Below, piece after piece: positions 11,273-23,785 of a stretch of DNA of 64,000 bases. The translations under genes and the position numbers were made by a program. Position 1 is the first letter of the stretch; every line of letters starts with the position of its first letter. The notes beneath the pieces are model-generated. The model searched no databases, was not told where the DNA came from, and worked only from the letters and a program-made list of their open reading frames with translations. The DNA lies in the NCBI GenBank assembly GCA_951406725.2, contig OX597822.1, positions 26,598,001 through 26,662,000 of the forward strand, written 5' to 3'. This DNA comes from Octopus vulgaris. Its lineage: Eukaryota.

Positions 11273-13485
11273 ACAATCATTTTACATTATATTGAGGGAT
11301 TTCCCATTACATTTGGTAGAGCACAGTTTTATTATTTTTCAAGAAGTATAGTATTGACAGTGACTTTGAATTTTCAGCCAGCTATGGTGCATTTGTGTTC
11401 ATCTTGGCATTATATGGTCTCTGTTAAGTTAAAATTTTCTAGAGAGCTGAATGATAGTTAGGTTGTATGGTGGGCTGTGATGGCAGGGTGTTATGGAGAA
11501 TTTTTGTTGATTAATTATGGGAATGTGCTTTTGTTTAGAATCTTTCCATGCATATAGAACTTTGGAAACGGGGGTGTGTATATTTAGGTATGTCATCTTC
11601 AGGACATAGGGGATTACAAAATATGTAGTTATGTTGTTGTTCAGCTGCTTGATCTGTCTGTCTGTCTGTAGACAGATCGATAGACTGACAGATAGTTAAC
11701 TATTTACAGGATCCTAGTCAGTAGTTAACCCTTTTGATACTAATCCGCCTGAAACTGCCTCTGGCTCTGTAGTACAAATGTCTTATTTTCAAAAATCTGC
11801 ATTAAAATCTTCCACCAAACCTTAGTCACAATTTATGTTCCTAACACTAGCTTAATGATAACTAAGTTCTTTTACTAAATTCTTTGTTATATTTAAAATT
11901 AATTGAGAGAAACACAGAGCATCTCAAAATAAATATGGTAATGAAATTCCATATTTACAGCCCATACTCGGTACAAAAGTAGACTGTTAAAACATTTAAA
12001 ATTTGGGATTATTTTGATTAACAAAAATGGCAGACTTTTTGTTGCTTGTGATATTGTTGACTCAGGTATATTTACGAATTGTAATTTTGACCTAGAATTT
12101 ATGAAAACCACAGTTGACACTGAAGGTTTTGAAAACAAAACTTAAAGAAACTTAAATTGATATATAAATAAATCAGATAATGTCTTTTGTTCACTAATCT
12201 ATTTCTTTCAAGTCATTTATTTTAAATAATAATATAGGAAAATATATAAATTTAAATATTTAATCATAAATAGTTTGTATGAGAGAAAGCATGAGACCTT
12301 CATTAGTTCTTGAATTCAAACAAGCTTGTTGTATGTGTGTACTCATGATTTTTTGATTTGGTGCCACTGGACTGTCTTTCAAAGTTAAAGAAAAGAAGAA
12401 ACCTTAAAAAAACCATAAAACAAGAAACATGAGGTAATGTTTTATATAAATCTATATAGATTTGTCCTACACAAACACACACACATATATATGCGTAAAA
12501 TCTAAATATTAAGACAAATACTTTAACACACCTTTAATGAGCAGTTACAATTGTTTCTGTGCTGAGTACTCATGATGCCAGTTTATGCTGAAATTTGAAG
12601 TGAAAAATTTACCTAATATTTGTTGTTTTAAATATTAGAGTGGCACTGCATAAGACTTGCATTAAAGGTGCACTCTTACATTGGAAATTCCCTATCCTTA
12701 TACCATACCAGGATTTTAAATTATGTGTGTGTGGGGTGGGTGGGTTTGGGTAGGTAGTCAGACTCCAAAGAGACTAGGTTTGGTCTGTGTGAACAAGACT
12801 TGTATTACTTAGTGAAATTGATAAAAAAAAACATACAGTGAACTTGCTGTGGGGAGTGGAAAATCAAATGTTTTGGACAGCATCCTTCTTCAGGAAAAAG
12901 TTGATAGGAAAAAAAATTAATGACAGACAAGAGAGTTTTACATTCTTTAAATTAAAAGCACCGGCTGCAACTGATAAAGAATGCAAGGTCATAGGAGTTT
13001 CATATTTGAACTGGAATTGGTGTAAGGGAGAAACAGTGTGAGACAAATGGAAGGAAGAAAAGAAGTAAACAAAGTCAAGAGTGTAATGAAGGGAAGAAAG
13101 AAGATGAGAGGGGGAGTTGAAGGTCAAAGAGTTTAGTGAACTAAAAGAAGTGTTGGGGTAGAAGCAAAGCATGTTAATTTTTCCTTAAGAATGTGGATCT
13201 GTGGTGTATGGACGATTGCAGCATTCTGATGTTTGAGTGATGGAAAGGGTTGTAATGTTACAGTGTGTAGTGAAAGGTAGGTTTGCTTGGCATATGTAGT
13301 AATCTGCCTCATCATATTCTGTCTGACCCATGCAAGCATAGAAAAGTTGATATTTACATGATGAAGATGATGATTCTTAGTATTTTTACAGTCATTTGGA
13401 ATGCATATATATATATATACCGGAGTAAACACATAAATGTGAAACAAGGTGGAAAAAAGAGTACTCAAATACCAGGGGTAGAGTA

Positions 13486-13654
13486 ATATGCTTTATTTAA
13501 AAGCAGCAGAAATTCAACAAAACCTGTTATTCGGAGTTTCACGTTCCTGTTCGTCGGACAGTTTTTTTTTAACAAAAACTGTTCGACGAACGGGAACGTG
13601 AAACTCCGAGTAACAGGTTATGTTAAAATTCTGCTGCTTTTAAATAAAGTATAT
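13486..13654. repeat. Inverted repeat with arms of about 80 bp, each containing a hammerhead motif
   Basis: ATATGCTTTATTTAAAAGCAGCAGAA...TCGTCGGACAG pairs with CTGTTCGACGA...TTCTGCTGCTTTTAAATAAAGTATAT. Confidence 0.92.
13579..13616 (+). ncRNA. Type I hammerhead motif in the right arm; mirror copy at 13524-13561 on the minus strand
   Basis: CTGT-TCGACGA-ACG GGAA CGT-GAAAC-TCCGA-GTA-ACAG. The mirror copy has the core CCGACGA, so the consensus of the two arms is a complete hammerhead with a U4C variant. Confidence 0.72.
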
Positions 13655-13682
13655 ATATATATATATATATATATAGGTGTCT

Positions 13683-14100
13683 TTTATCTTTTATTTATCT
13701 TTTACTTGTTTCATTCATTTAACTGTGGCCATGTTGGGGCACTGCCTTGAAAGGTTTTAGCCAAACAGATCGACCCTAGGATCTTATTTTTTTGAAGCCT
13801 ATTACTTATTCTATTGGGCTCCTTTTGCTGAACTGCTAAGTTATGGGGAAGCAAACACATCAACACTAGTTGTCAAGCAGCGGGAGGGACAAATACAAAC
13901 ACAGAAGCACACATACTTTGATATATACTTATATACAACAGGCTTCTTTCAGTTTCTTGCCTGCCAAATCTACTCATAAGGCTTTGTTGGCCTAAGGCTA
14001 TAGTAGAAGACACTTGCCCAAGGTGTTATGCAGTGGGAATGAACAAAGAACTATGTTGGTTAAGAAGCAAGCTTCTTACCACATAACCATGCCTGTGCCT
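13683..14100 (-). mobile_element. SINE family A, diverged
   Basis: Reverse complement similarity to 4812-5226. Confidence 0.8.
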
Positions 14101-14807
14101 GTATGTATCTTATATTTTTTTATGATTAAAAAAAAACATAGATTTATTTATGTAATCACTGCAACCAACATGCAATCCTTGTACTTGTTTATAAAGTTTT
14201 ATTTTTTACTTTACTTTCTTGCATTTGCAGGTAATAAAAAGCAAAGGAAAAATAAATATTTTTCTTGTTGTTGTTATCCTGGTATTAAAGTTAATAAAAG
14301 TGACATCTGGAATTATTTTTATTCTGCTATTCAAAATTTAATTTCTGGTTGCATGCTTGCATGAGAGTATGCACATACAAACATTGAAATGTTGGTAGGC
14401 TGGCATTAAGAGTAACTTAAATTTGAAGTCTTTGACTCCAGAGAGAAATTCTATTTATTTTTGTATTACTTTAAAAAAGAATTTTTTATTTAATTTTTTT
14501 TATCCATTTTAAAACCCATATGAACTTTATTATTAGAATAGTTTCTCCTGATGCATGAATCCATTGTCAGAGTAATCATAATACTTCTTTCTAGTCTCTG
14601 TGAATATATCAGATGTGTCCATATTTGCTTACAGTTTTCTTTGTATACAGAGTCTAAGGCCTGTCTTTTTTTTTTTTCTTCTTTATTATTTTCATTTTGG
14701 CTTCATACATCTGCAGGAAAAAAACACAGTATACGTTCTTAGAAAAGATAAATATTTGCCTTTCATTCCTTGATTTGCCCGCAACTATAAGAAAATAAAA
14801 TATAATT

Positions 14808-14863
<56 letters not shown>

Positions 14864-16299
14864 ATGTATGTGTATGTATGTATATATATATATGTATATG
14901 AATGTATATATATATATATATATGTATATGTATGTATATATATGTATGTATAAATTATAAAGGTAAAAAATTAAAATAATTTATTTCCAGTGGTTTGCAT
15001 GTGTAATAAAAGTCATAAGTAAACATATTTTCAAAATAAGAGTGTATAAAGATTTATACACAGAGAGAAGACCTTTGGACAGGACTTCTTACATGCTAAA
15101 AAGGGCAGTTAAACCCAAACCATGTAAACAATAATTCTAAAGGCATGCCAATAATGGCACTAGAATGAAAAAAATTATCATTAGTTAATCCCATACTCGA
15201 GTTTCCCTATTAATATGCAAATAAATAAATTTTCCTTCTGTAGTTCATTACTGAAGTGAGCAGCAACAGATCTAAGTTGAACATGACTAACACCCTTAAC
15301 ATTTGTTGCCTTATTTTGAAAGAAATCTTTATAAAATTGTCTCATAGCAGGGTACTCTCTTACTGGTGATAAATTATTAATTAAGGTTGCAAGCTAACTG
15401 CTGCTGATTTTAGCCACAGGTCAGTCCTGATCCAGTGGACTTATGAATAAAAGCATTCCCGCTGTGACCATTCCTGCTTTTATTTACTCATTCTATGCAG
15501 GTCTGTTGGACCTCATGGTTTAACGTCTTTTTTCTTTCTTCATCTTTTCATTTTTTTTTTAAGATGATAAGATGCTATGATTTAAGGAAGATTTTGCTGC
15601 TATTTGTAGTGGGTCAAGTCATGAACAATCATGTATAAGCTCCATTCCAACGAAAGTTATGCATGTCACATCTTGCTTTCATCTTTTGCGTAATGTAAAA
15701 CGGAAATTAAAATTTTCTTGGATTGATTCTTAAGAACCTTTTAGTTAACTAGATTCTATTATGAAGTCCCAATCCTGAGCTGGAACTCACCACCATCTTC
15801 ATCATCATTGGTATTATAATTTGGTGACATATGGTGGTGTTTTTAATTGAAAAGCCTTTATATATATATCTGTGTAATGTCTTCAGTGTGTATTTTATAA
15901 TTTTCATAAAATGGCTAATTTTTTCTTCTTGGTGTTTATATATATATATATATATATTTTTTTTTTTTTATTAATAATTAGCTAAGTGGTGAAAAAGAAA
16001 TAGAAGTCTGTCTTGATTTATAACAATAGTTGAGTATAATGTCATTTACTTGCAGACATAGCCAAACAAATCACTGTCATCATTTTATCATCATCATCGA
16101 TGCCATAATCATTGTAATTAACATCGTCATCATCAATCATTGCAATTAACATCATTATCATCACTGAGATCTTCATTAATCATCACTGTCACTGTTGTTA
16201 TGATAGTCCACCATCAACTCCTCGTAATCATTATCATAATAATCAATGTTACAATTATTACGATCATTATAATTGATATCAGTATCATAAGCACTATCC

Positions 16300-16652
16300 T
16301 CCACCTCCTCATCTACCTCCCCCCTATTCTTTCTCCTCCTCCTCATCTGCCTCCCCCCTTTTCCTCCTCCTCTTTCTCCTCCTCCTCATCTGCTCCTCTC
16401 TTCCTCCTCCTCTTTGTCCTTCCCCTCACCTGCCTCCCCCCTCTTCCTCCTCTTCCTCCTCCTCTTTGTCCTTCCCCTCACCTGCCTCCCCCCTCTTCCT
16501 CCTCCTCTTCCTCCTCCTCTTTGTCCTTCCCCTCACCTGCCTCCCCCCTCTTCCTCCTCCTCTCTTCCTCCTCCTCTTTGTCCTTCCCCTCACCTGCCTC
16601 CCCCCTCCTCTTCCTCCTCCTCCTCCTCCTCTTCTTCCTCCTCCTCCTCCTC
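16300..16652. repeat. CCT-rich minisatellite, four copies of CTCTTTGTCCTTCCCCTCACCTGCCTCCCCC plus (CCT)n spacers
   Basis: Unit visible at about 16410, 16461, 16517 and 16575. Confidence 0.9.
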
Positions 16653-17140
16653 ATCATCAATATTAGCAATGCAATGTTTTTTCTTTTAGTTTTGCCCATT
16701 CTGACAATAGCATGGATAGGCCAGCTCTTATGCAATTGTGCCTAATAGAAATGATGATGGTGGTGATGATTATGACGGTGATGGTTGTTGATTGATGGTT
16801 ATAAAGATTGCTGATGATTATGGTGATTGCTGATGATTACTGGCGATATCATTATAATATAAGATTGTGGCATTTAATGGTTGGTTGGCTGACTGGCTTG
16901 CTTGCTTGCTGGCTGGCTTGTGTCATGCATATAATTAGTGATTTGATTATGCCTGTAAATCTGAAAAGTTAGTTGATAATGGTATTTAGAAATACAATAA
17001 TTTCAATAAAAGTTTAAGTCAACACAGTTGTTTCAGTGCAATGGAACAGTTTGCAAAAAACATTTAACCAATTCCTTCAAGACATGATGGTGCCTTTGAA
17101 TAAAGTTAAATTCTCAGTTAACATTAGTAACCACAATGTA

Positions 17141-17556
17141 TTACTCTTTTACTCTTTTACTTGTTTCAGTCATTTGACTGTGGCCATGCTGGAGCACTGC
17201 CTTTTAGTCGAAAGCAAATCGACCCCAGGACTTATTCTTTGGAAGCCTAGTACTTATTCTATCGGTCTCTTTACCGAACCGTTAAGTTATGGGAATGTAA
17301 ACACACCAGCATCAGTTGTCAAGTGATGTTGGGGGGAGAAACACAGACACACAAACATATACACACACATACATATATTTATGCATATATACAATAGGCT
17401 TCTTTCAGTTTCTGTCTATCAAATCCACTCACAAGGCTTTGGTCGGTCCGAGGCTATAGTAAAAAACACTTGCCCAAGGTGCCATGCAGTGGGAATGAAC
17501 CCGGAACCATATGGTTTGTAAGCAAGCCACTTACCACACAGCCACTCCTGTGCCTA
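17141..17556 (-). mobile_element. SINE family A, full length
   Basis: Reverse complement of 4812-5226. Confidence 0.9.
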
Positions 17557-17901
17557 TATACCAAAATATTATTTTATTATTTATAAATTTTAACCACAAA
17601 ATCTTATATGAATCCCAAGGTTTGTATAGATCCTGATTGAGAACTACTGACCTAGCATAAAATTGCTTCCCTTACTACTGTAGTGCTACTTAGCTGAAAT
17701 GGATCCTAGTCTTGCAAGCCACTAAGCAGCCTCTCTAGTGCTGGTACCATAGAAAATGCACTCAGTACACTCTCAAAAGTGATTTGTGCTAAGAAGGACA
17801 CTCAGCTATAAAAACCATGTCAAAAAACATTTGAGTACAATGCAGTCCTCCAACCCCACTCATCCTGTCAAACCATGCCAGCATGAGACACAGATGTTTA
17901 A

Positions 17902-18127
17902 CCCTTTCATTACTGTATTCATTTTGAGATGCTCCGTGTTTTTTTTTTTTAATTAATTTTAAATATAACAAAGAATTTAGTAAGATAACTTAGTTATCAT
18001 TAAGCTAGTGTTAGGAACATGAATTATGACTAAAGTTTGGTGGAAGATTTTGATTAAAAACTTATGAAAACAAGACATTTTTACTACAGAACCAGACGCA
18101 GAGTCAGCCAGGTTGATATTGAAAGGG
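17902..18127. mobile_element. piggyBac-like MITE inserted in a family C tail
   Basis: TTAA duplicated at 17898-17901 and 18128-18131; TIR CCCTTTCA / TGAAAGGG. Confidence 0.8.
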
Positions 18128-18304
18128 TTAAAGATGATGACGATAATGATAAGGATGATAATGACATTTTGCTAAATTGATTTTTTATTAAACTGAAATT
18201 TTTACTGAATTGACAATTCATCAAGTTGTCATTTCATTAGGCTGACACTTCACTAAATTGATGTATATCTCAATCAACTTTTCACTAAATTAGTATTTCA
18301 TTAA

Positions 18305-18670
18305 ATTGAGTCAAGTACATCTACATAAAATAAAAATCAAATGGAAATTGTAGTTGGATATCTGTGCTGGTGGCACGTAAAAAGCACCATCTGAATGTGG
18401 CCAATATCAGCGCCGCCTTGACTGGCTTCCATGCTGGTGGTATGTAAAATGCACCAACCGATTGTGGCTGTTGTCAGCACTTGTGCTGATGGCACGTAAA
18501 AAGCACCCACTACACTCATGGAGTGGTTGGCATTAGGAAGTCCATCCAGCTGTAGAAACATTGCCAGATCAGACTGGAGCCTGGTGCAGCCTCCTGGCTT
18601 CCCAGACCCTGGTTGAACCGTCCAACCCATGCTAGCATGGAAAACGGATGTTAAACGATGATGATGATGA
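18305..18670 (+). mobile_element. SINE-like family C, subfamily shared with 39283-39672
   Basis: Near-identical to 39283-39672, with (GAT)n tail. Confidence 0.8.
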
Positions 18671-19124
18671 CATTTTTACTAAATTGACATTGCTTACTGA
18701 ATACTCTTAGAGTAAAAAATATGAACGATTATCACACAATTTTTATCCCTTTTTTTTGTTTGTTTGCATTTGATTGTGAATCACAACTAGCCACATCAGT
18801 TGGACACAAGTCTGGGCATGACTACCAACTATTATTTAGCATGCTGCAAACACCCCTGTCATTAGTATTCACCCTCTGTAGTCATTATGACGTGGCAGTA
18901 ACAGTTAGACTATGCTTTGCTAAGATCTTATAAAATCAAAACATACCAAAAGTATGATCTCTCAATCAAGGATGAAACTCACTTCCTATTGTAATCTACT
19001 TTGCTACATGAAGATGAAACACTTGGAAGTAACTCTAAAAGATTTATCAAAAAATATTGGATATTATATATTACATATTTTCATGATACAAATATTTGTT
19101 AATATTATCTTGTTGAGTGACTTG

Positions 19125-19290
19125 TCCAGACTAATGCTGCTCTCTCGTCTACACCGGATGTTCTTATCTTTCCTAGCTGTCTTCATATCTTCAACTTGGT
19201 AGCCATTGTCTTTCACAAGATGATTGATATATACTCTTTTTGGTTTGCTAATACCAATTCCTGCTGATTTCTGTTGAAGTAAATTGTTCA
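19125..19290 (-). mobile_element. Decayed RTE-type LINE ORF C-terminus
   Basis: SKPKRVYINHLVKDNGYQVEDMKTARKDKNIR resembles the RTE GRPxxTYIDxLxxDTG..ELxxAMxDRxxWR end. Confidence 0.5.
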
Positions 19291-19967
19291 GTTTATGAGT
19301 TAAATCTAGATTTAACAAAGAAGACAACTAAAATGTTCAAATCCAGACTGGAAATCATACAAAGCAATTGAGGAATTCTATGAAGCAATTGAAGAATTCT
19401 ACGAAGCAATTGAGGAATTCACGTGAATTAGTTAAAGTTGAATTGTTGTAACAGGACTATACAACAGAGGTATTTCTTTTTCCCTTGGTAGAATTGGGAT
19501 TATTCAGATTAAAATAGTGACTAAGCATTAAAATGAAACAAGCTGAGCCTAGGTTTCTGGATTTCATCCAAAACTATATATTCTTCCATTTAGGCAGCAT
19601 ATGAATTGTATTGCATTTTCCTTTCATCCGAGATGATCTAATGCCGGTTTATCAAAGAACTTACAGTACAATTCACCATGTCTGTCTGTCTACATGTCTG
19701 TCTGTCTGTCTCTCTCTCTTTTCACCTGCTCATCTGTCAAGAACTGTTTAAAGCCTTTGTTGTTTTTATTTACTTAACAGTAAGTTGAGATATCATTCTG
19801 TGGTTAAGCTCATTTTGCATGTGGTTCTTTGTTCAATTCCAAAGCTTGGTGCCTTAGGCAAGTATTTTCTGCCATAGCTTCAGGTTGACATACAAATGCT
19901 TTATCAGTGAAGCTTAACATGAAACTGGTTGTCTTTCTCTGTGTGTGTGTGTGCATGCATGTGTATG

Positions 19968-20011
<44 letters not shown>

Positions 20012-22550
20012 TCATCATTTAACATCTGCTTTCCATGCTGGCATGTGTTGGATGGTTTGACAGGAGCTGATCAGACAGAAGACTTGCACCAGACTTCTGT
20101 GTCTGTTTTGACACAGTTTTTTTTTTGGCTGGATGCCTTTCCTAACCAACCACCCAGCAGAGAATCATTTTAACAATCTGTTTCCATGTAAGATAACAAC
20201 ATATAAATATGTATGTGTGTGGGTATCTTTCTCTGACATGTCAAAAGATTGTCACACCAGCAAAAACCAAAGCAGTGTGCTGAGACAAAAATACTTTGTG
20301 GATTGTTTTTTTTCTCAAGTTGCAAATACACTGAACTCACCATATCCAGTATATTTTCATGCTATAGTTAACTCTTTTCCAATATTTAGATGACCTCCAG
20401 TCCTCCATGTTAGTTAACCTTTTCTTAGTTATGACTAACATTTATGCTTTCCAATGCTGTTGACTGTTCACCAGTATATGAAGCTGTTCCTGAAAATAAA
20501 AGGAAGCATAAGAAAATCGTCAAATTTATCCTGAACACCTCGTGTGTGTGTGTGTGTGTGTGTGTAAATTTTATCAGACAAAAAACATTTATTTTTTTCT
20601 AAGATAAAGTGTCAGTTTCAAAATGTCTCAGACACCTCTTCTCCCATACCATGCGAAGCTATGAAGTTGTGAACTTCCTTTTCTACATAATATATTATAT
20701 GTAATATATTATACAGCAATAAAATTACATAGTTAATGAAATAACGCAGAACACCTGCGCAACAGACACCTGCAATTTAGACACATGGATTTTGTAGGTG
20801 TGCATGTTCAAAGTAAAGCTACTATTTATGTAGTTCTTTACTTCAGATTGAATCAGTAGATAGGTTAGGTTATGTACAACCAGTAGAGTAAAGGTGTGAT
20901 CTCTCTTACTACCAAAAGGCCCCGAGATAATACTTAGGATGTTCAAAAGATTGCTGATTTATGAATCAAACATAACAGAAAACTCTCACACACATACACA
21001 CACACACACACACACAACATATGCATATAGGCAGCAAACACAATAACACCTGTTTCTCTCTTCCCTTTCTCTTCCGTCTCTCTTCCCCTCTCCTCCTCTC
21101 TCTCCCTTCTCTCTTGCTTTCTGACTTTTTCCAATTAACCTTCCTTGTAATAAATAGATAGAAAAAACATTATTATGATGACTGTTAGTGATTTGGGCAT
21201 TGGGTATTCATTATGATTATGTTTTCATTAGTGTTCTTATGGTTTATGTTTCGCACCACATCAAAGCAGAGCTAATGATCAAAAACATTCCAACCATGAC
21301 CATCCTGTCTGTCTGCATATCAGGGTCCATCTTAAATAAAAGAATGTTTTATGGTATTTATTCTGACTTTACTTTCTGAGTCCAATTTCCATCAAGGTCA
21401 ACTTTAGCTTTCATTCTTTTGGAGTCAATAAAATAAGTACCAGTTGAGTACTGGAGGTCAGTTTAATTGATTTATTAACCCTACCCCACAAATTTCAAGC
21501 CCTTGCGCTTATAGCAGGAAGAATCAATTAAGGCAGTTGGGCATGGTGATTTGAGGGAGGAATTCAGGCTGTTATTTCCATCTTGCAGATTGGTTGATCA
21601 TAAAGAGGTGGTTCATCAGCATGTTTAGTAGGTCTTTGGTTGAGGAAGAAAATAGGGGAATCAGAGAGGGGTTATATGGGTCAATGATTTGGAAGGAAAA
21701 TATTCCTTTACTGTTGTTAAAAACTCATTCTAGTCATCCATATTTCATAGATGAGGAGTGGCATGTGAATGTCTGTGTGTGTGTGTGTGTGTTGGGGGTG
21801 GGGAGAGATAAAAGAATTCTAATGTAATAATACCAACTCCTTTCCTCCTGACACAACCACCACAATCACATGATAATCACCACCAGTATATACATAAATA
21901 CATACCATTCTCAGCTCTGTCATTACCAGCAGGGACCCTTGTAATCTGTTGGGTTGCTGCCTTCACCACCACCACCACCACCACCACTACCACCTACAAA
22001 TTGCCACCACCACCACCACTGATAACACTATCATTGCTGTCAATCATCCTAACTAGAACTAGTTGCATCTCTACCATTAGCCTCCCTCTTTCCTGCTGTC
22101 ACCACCACCAATACCACCACCACCACCAATACCACCACTACCATTATCTCCACTACTATTATCATCACTGCTGTCAATCTGTGTAAATAGGAATGAATGA
22201 CATCACAGGCTTCTGTGACCTCCCCTGTTGCTGCATATCCTGCCCCCCCCCCCCCAACCACCACAATTGTTACCTCCACCATGATCACCACCTGTGCTTC
22301 ATCACCATGTCTTGCTCTGTAGTGGCCATGACCCTTTTATTTATCTGCATTCAATTCAGAAGGAAATTTTTTTCATTTGCTGTCCTAGCTTTGTACCTTG
22401 ATGGTCACAGCAGCTGAAAGTCAATCAACACTTAAGTTTCCAAACATTTGTACTTGTAACCCTCTGTATACTTTCAGTGTTAAGAAAGCTCATCATACCA
22501 AAGCCCCCAATAGTCATAGTCACAATGACTGACAACATCATCATTAACGT

Positions 22551-22699
22551 TTTTCATCGGCCTGAGAGTTGGGTTGCTTGGGAACGCAGCCCAAAGCAGG
22601 TGGTAAGCTCCATGCAAGGTTAAATACGGGGACGAGTCTGATAGCCAACAAGTACCGTGAGGAAAAGTTGAAAAGAACTTTGGAGAGAGAGTTCAAGAG
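22551..22699 (+). pseudogene. 28S rRNA fragment (conserved core between D1 and D2)
   Basis: GAGTTGGGTTGCTTGGGAACGCAGCCCAAAGCAGGTGGTAAGCTCCAT...AACAAGTACCGTGAGGAAAAGTTGAAAAGAACTTTGGAGAGAGAGTTCAAGAG matches the universal LSU core (clear from 22566). Several CpG-type transitions, and no flanking rDNA. Confidence 0.93.
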
Positions 22700-23785
22700 A
22701 GGGGCAAAAGAGAGAGTCTTTGCCAATAGTCCAGGTCCCTCGTTTCTGAGAAGTATGAGGTAAAATTTCTTTGGAGCGATTCCATCTTAGATAGTTGGCC
22801 CTTTGTTGTTGGTGACCACAACTGAGAACAGTAGTCAATCCTCGGAAGTATCATACTGTTCCAGAGGGTTTTCATTTTTGAGGTATCTCTTGATTTGAAG
22901 GTGCGCAAGATCCACCCACTGTACTTTCTTGCAGTAAGACAGACTGAGTCAAGGTGTTCTCTGAATTTTAGGCTGGTTCCCATGTGGATGCCTAAATCTT
23001 TCACATACTGTTTTTCCATTATTTGTTGTCCTGATGGGTTTCTGTAGTTTGTTGTATTTTTCAGATCTTGATCTGTTCCGTAGCGAATTAGTTCAAACTT
23101 CTTATCATTGAACAACATGTTGTTTGTTTCCTGCCATTTATATATGGTGGTCAGGTCCTTTTGTAAGGCCTCTGCATCCACCTCGTCTTTGATTTGTCTC
23201 ATGAACCTGGTGTCATCAGCAAAGGATGAGACGTTGCTGGTTGTATCTTCATCTATGTCAGAGATGAGGATGAGAAACAGGATTGGGCCGAGTACTGTAC
23301 CCTGAGGAACACTGCTGGTCACAGGTGATGGTGTTGAATGGGTTCCATTCACAGTGACTGTTTGAGTTCTATTTGTAAGGAACTCATGTATCCATGTACC
23401 AACTTTTCCTCCTACTCCTAGCTTTCGAAGTTTGTGACCCAGGATGCCATGATCTACCTTGTCAAATGCCTTGGCAAAGTCGAGGTAAATAACATCTGTG
23501 TTGTATCCATTCTCTAGATTTTCTAGGATTTGGTCATGGTGTGCCAGTAGTTGGGAAAGACATGATCTACCTAACCTGAATCCATGCTGGTTGCAATTCA
23601 TCAGATTGTTGGATTCCAGGAACTCAACCAGTTTTCCACGAACTATTCTTTCGAAGACCTTGATAATGTGTGATGTCAGTGAGATTGGTCGGTAGTTCTT
23701 TGGTTCTGATTTGCTGTCCCCTTTATGTATTGGAGTTATGTGTGCTTCTTTATATGTATTTGGTATTTTGCCATACTGAGAAAAT
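22700..23785 (-). mobile_element. CR1/L2-group LINE reverse transcriptase segment, open for 366 codons, truncated at both ends
   Basis: Motifs NYRPISLTS, QHGFR, YLDFAKAFDKV, VPQGTVLGP, FADD, KDLG and DYCSQLWSP; the stop codon is supplied by the antisense 28S sequence. Confidence 0.95.

Noticed and set aside
12425-12440. ATGAG|GTAATG as a possible first coding exon end
   Set aside because: No supporting acceptor, downstream exon or recognisable protein
16140-16745. 201-aa Pro/Ser/Leu-rich ORF
   Set aside because: Entirely ATC- and CCT-repeat derived
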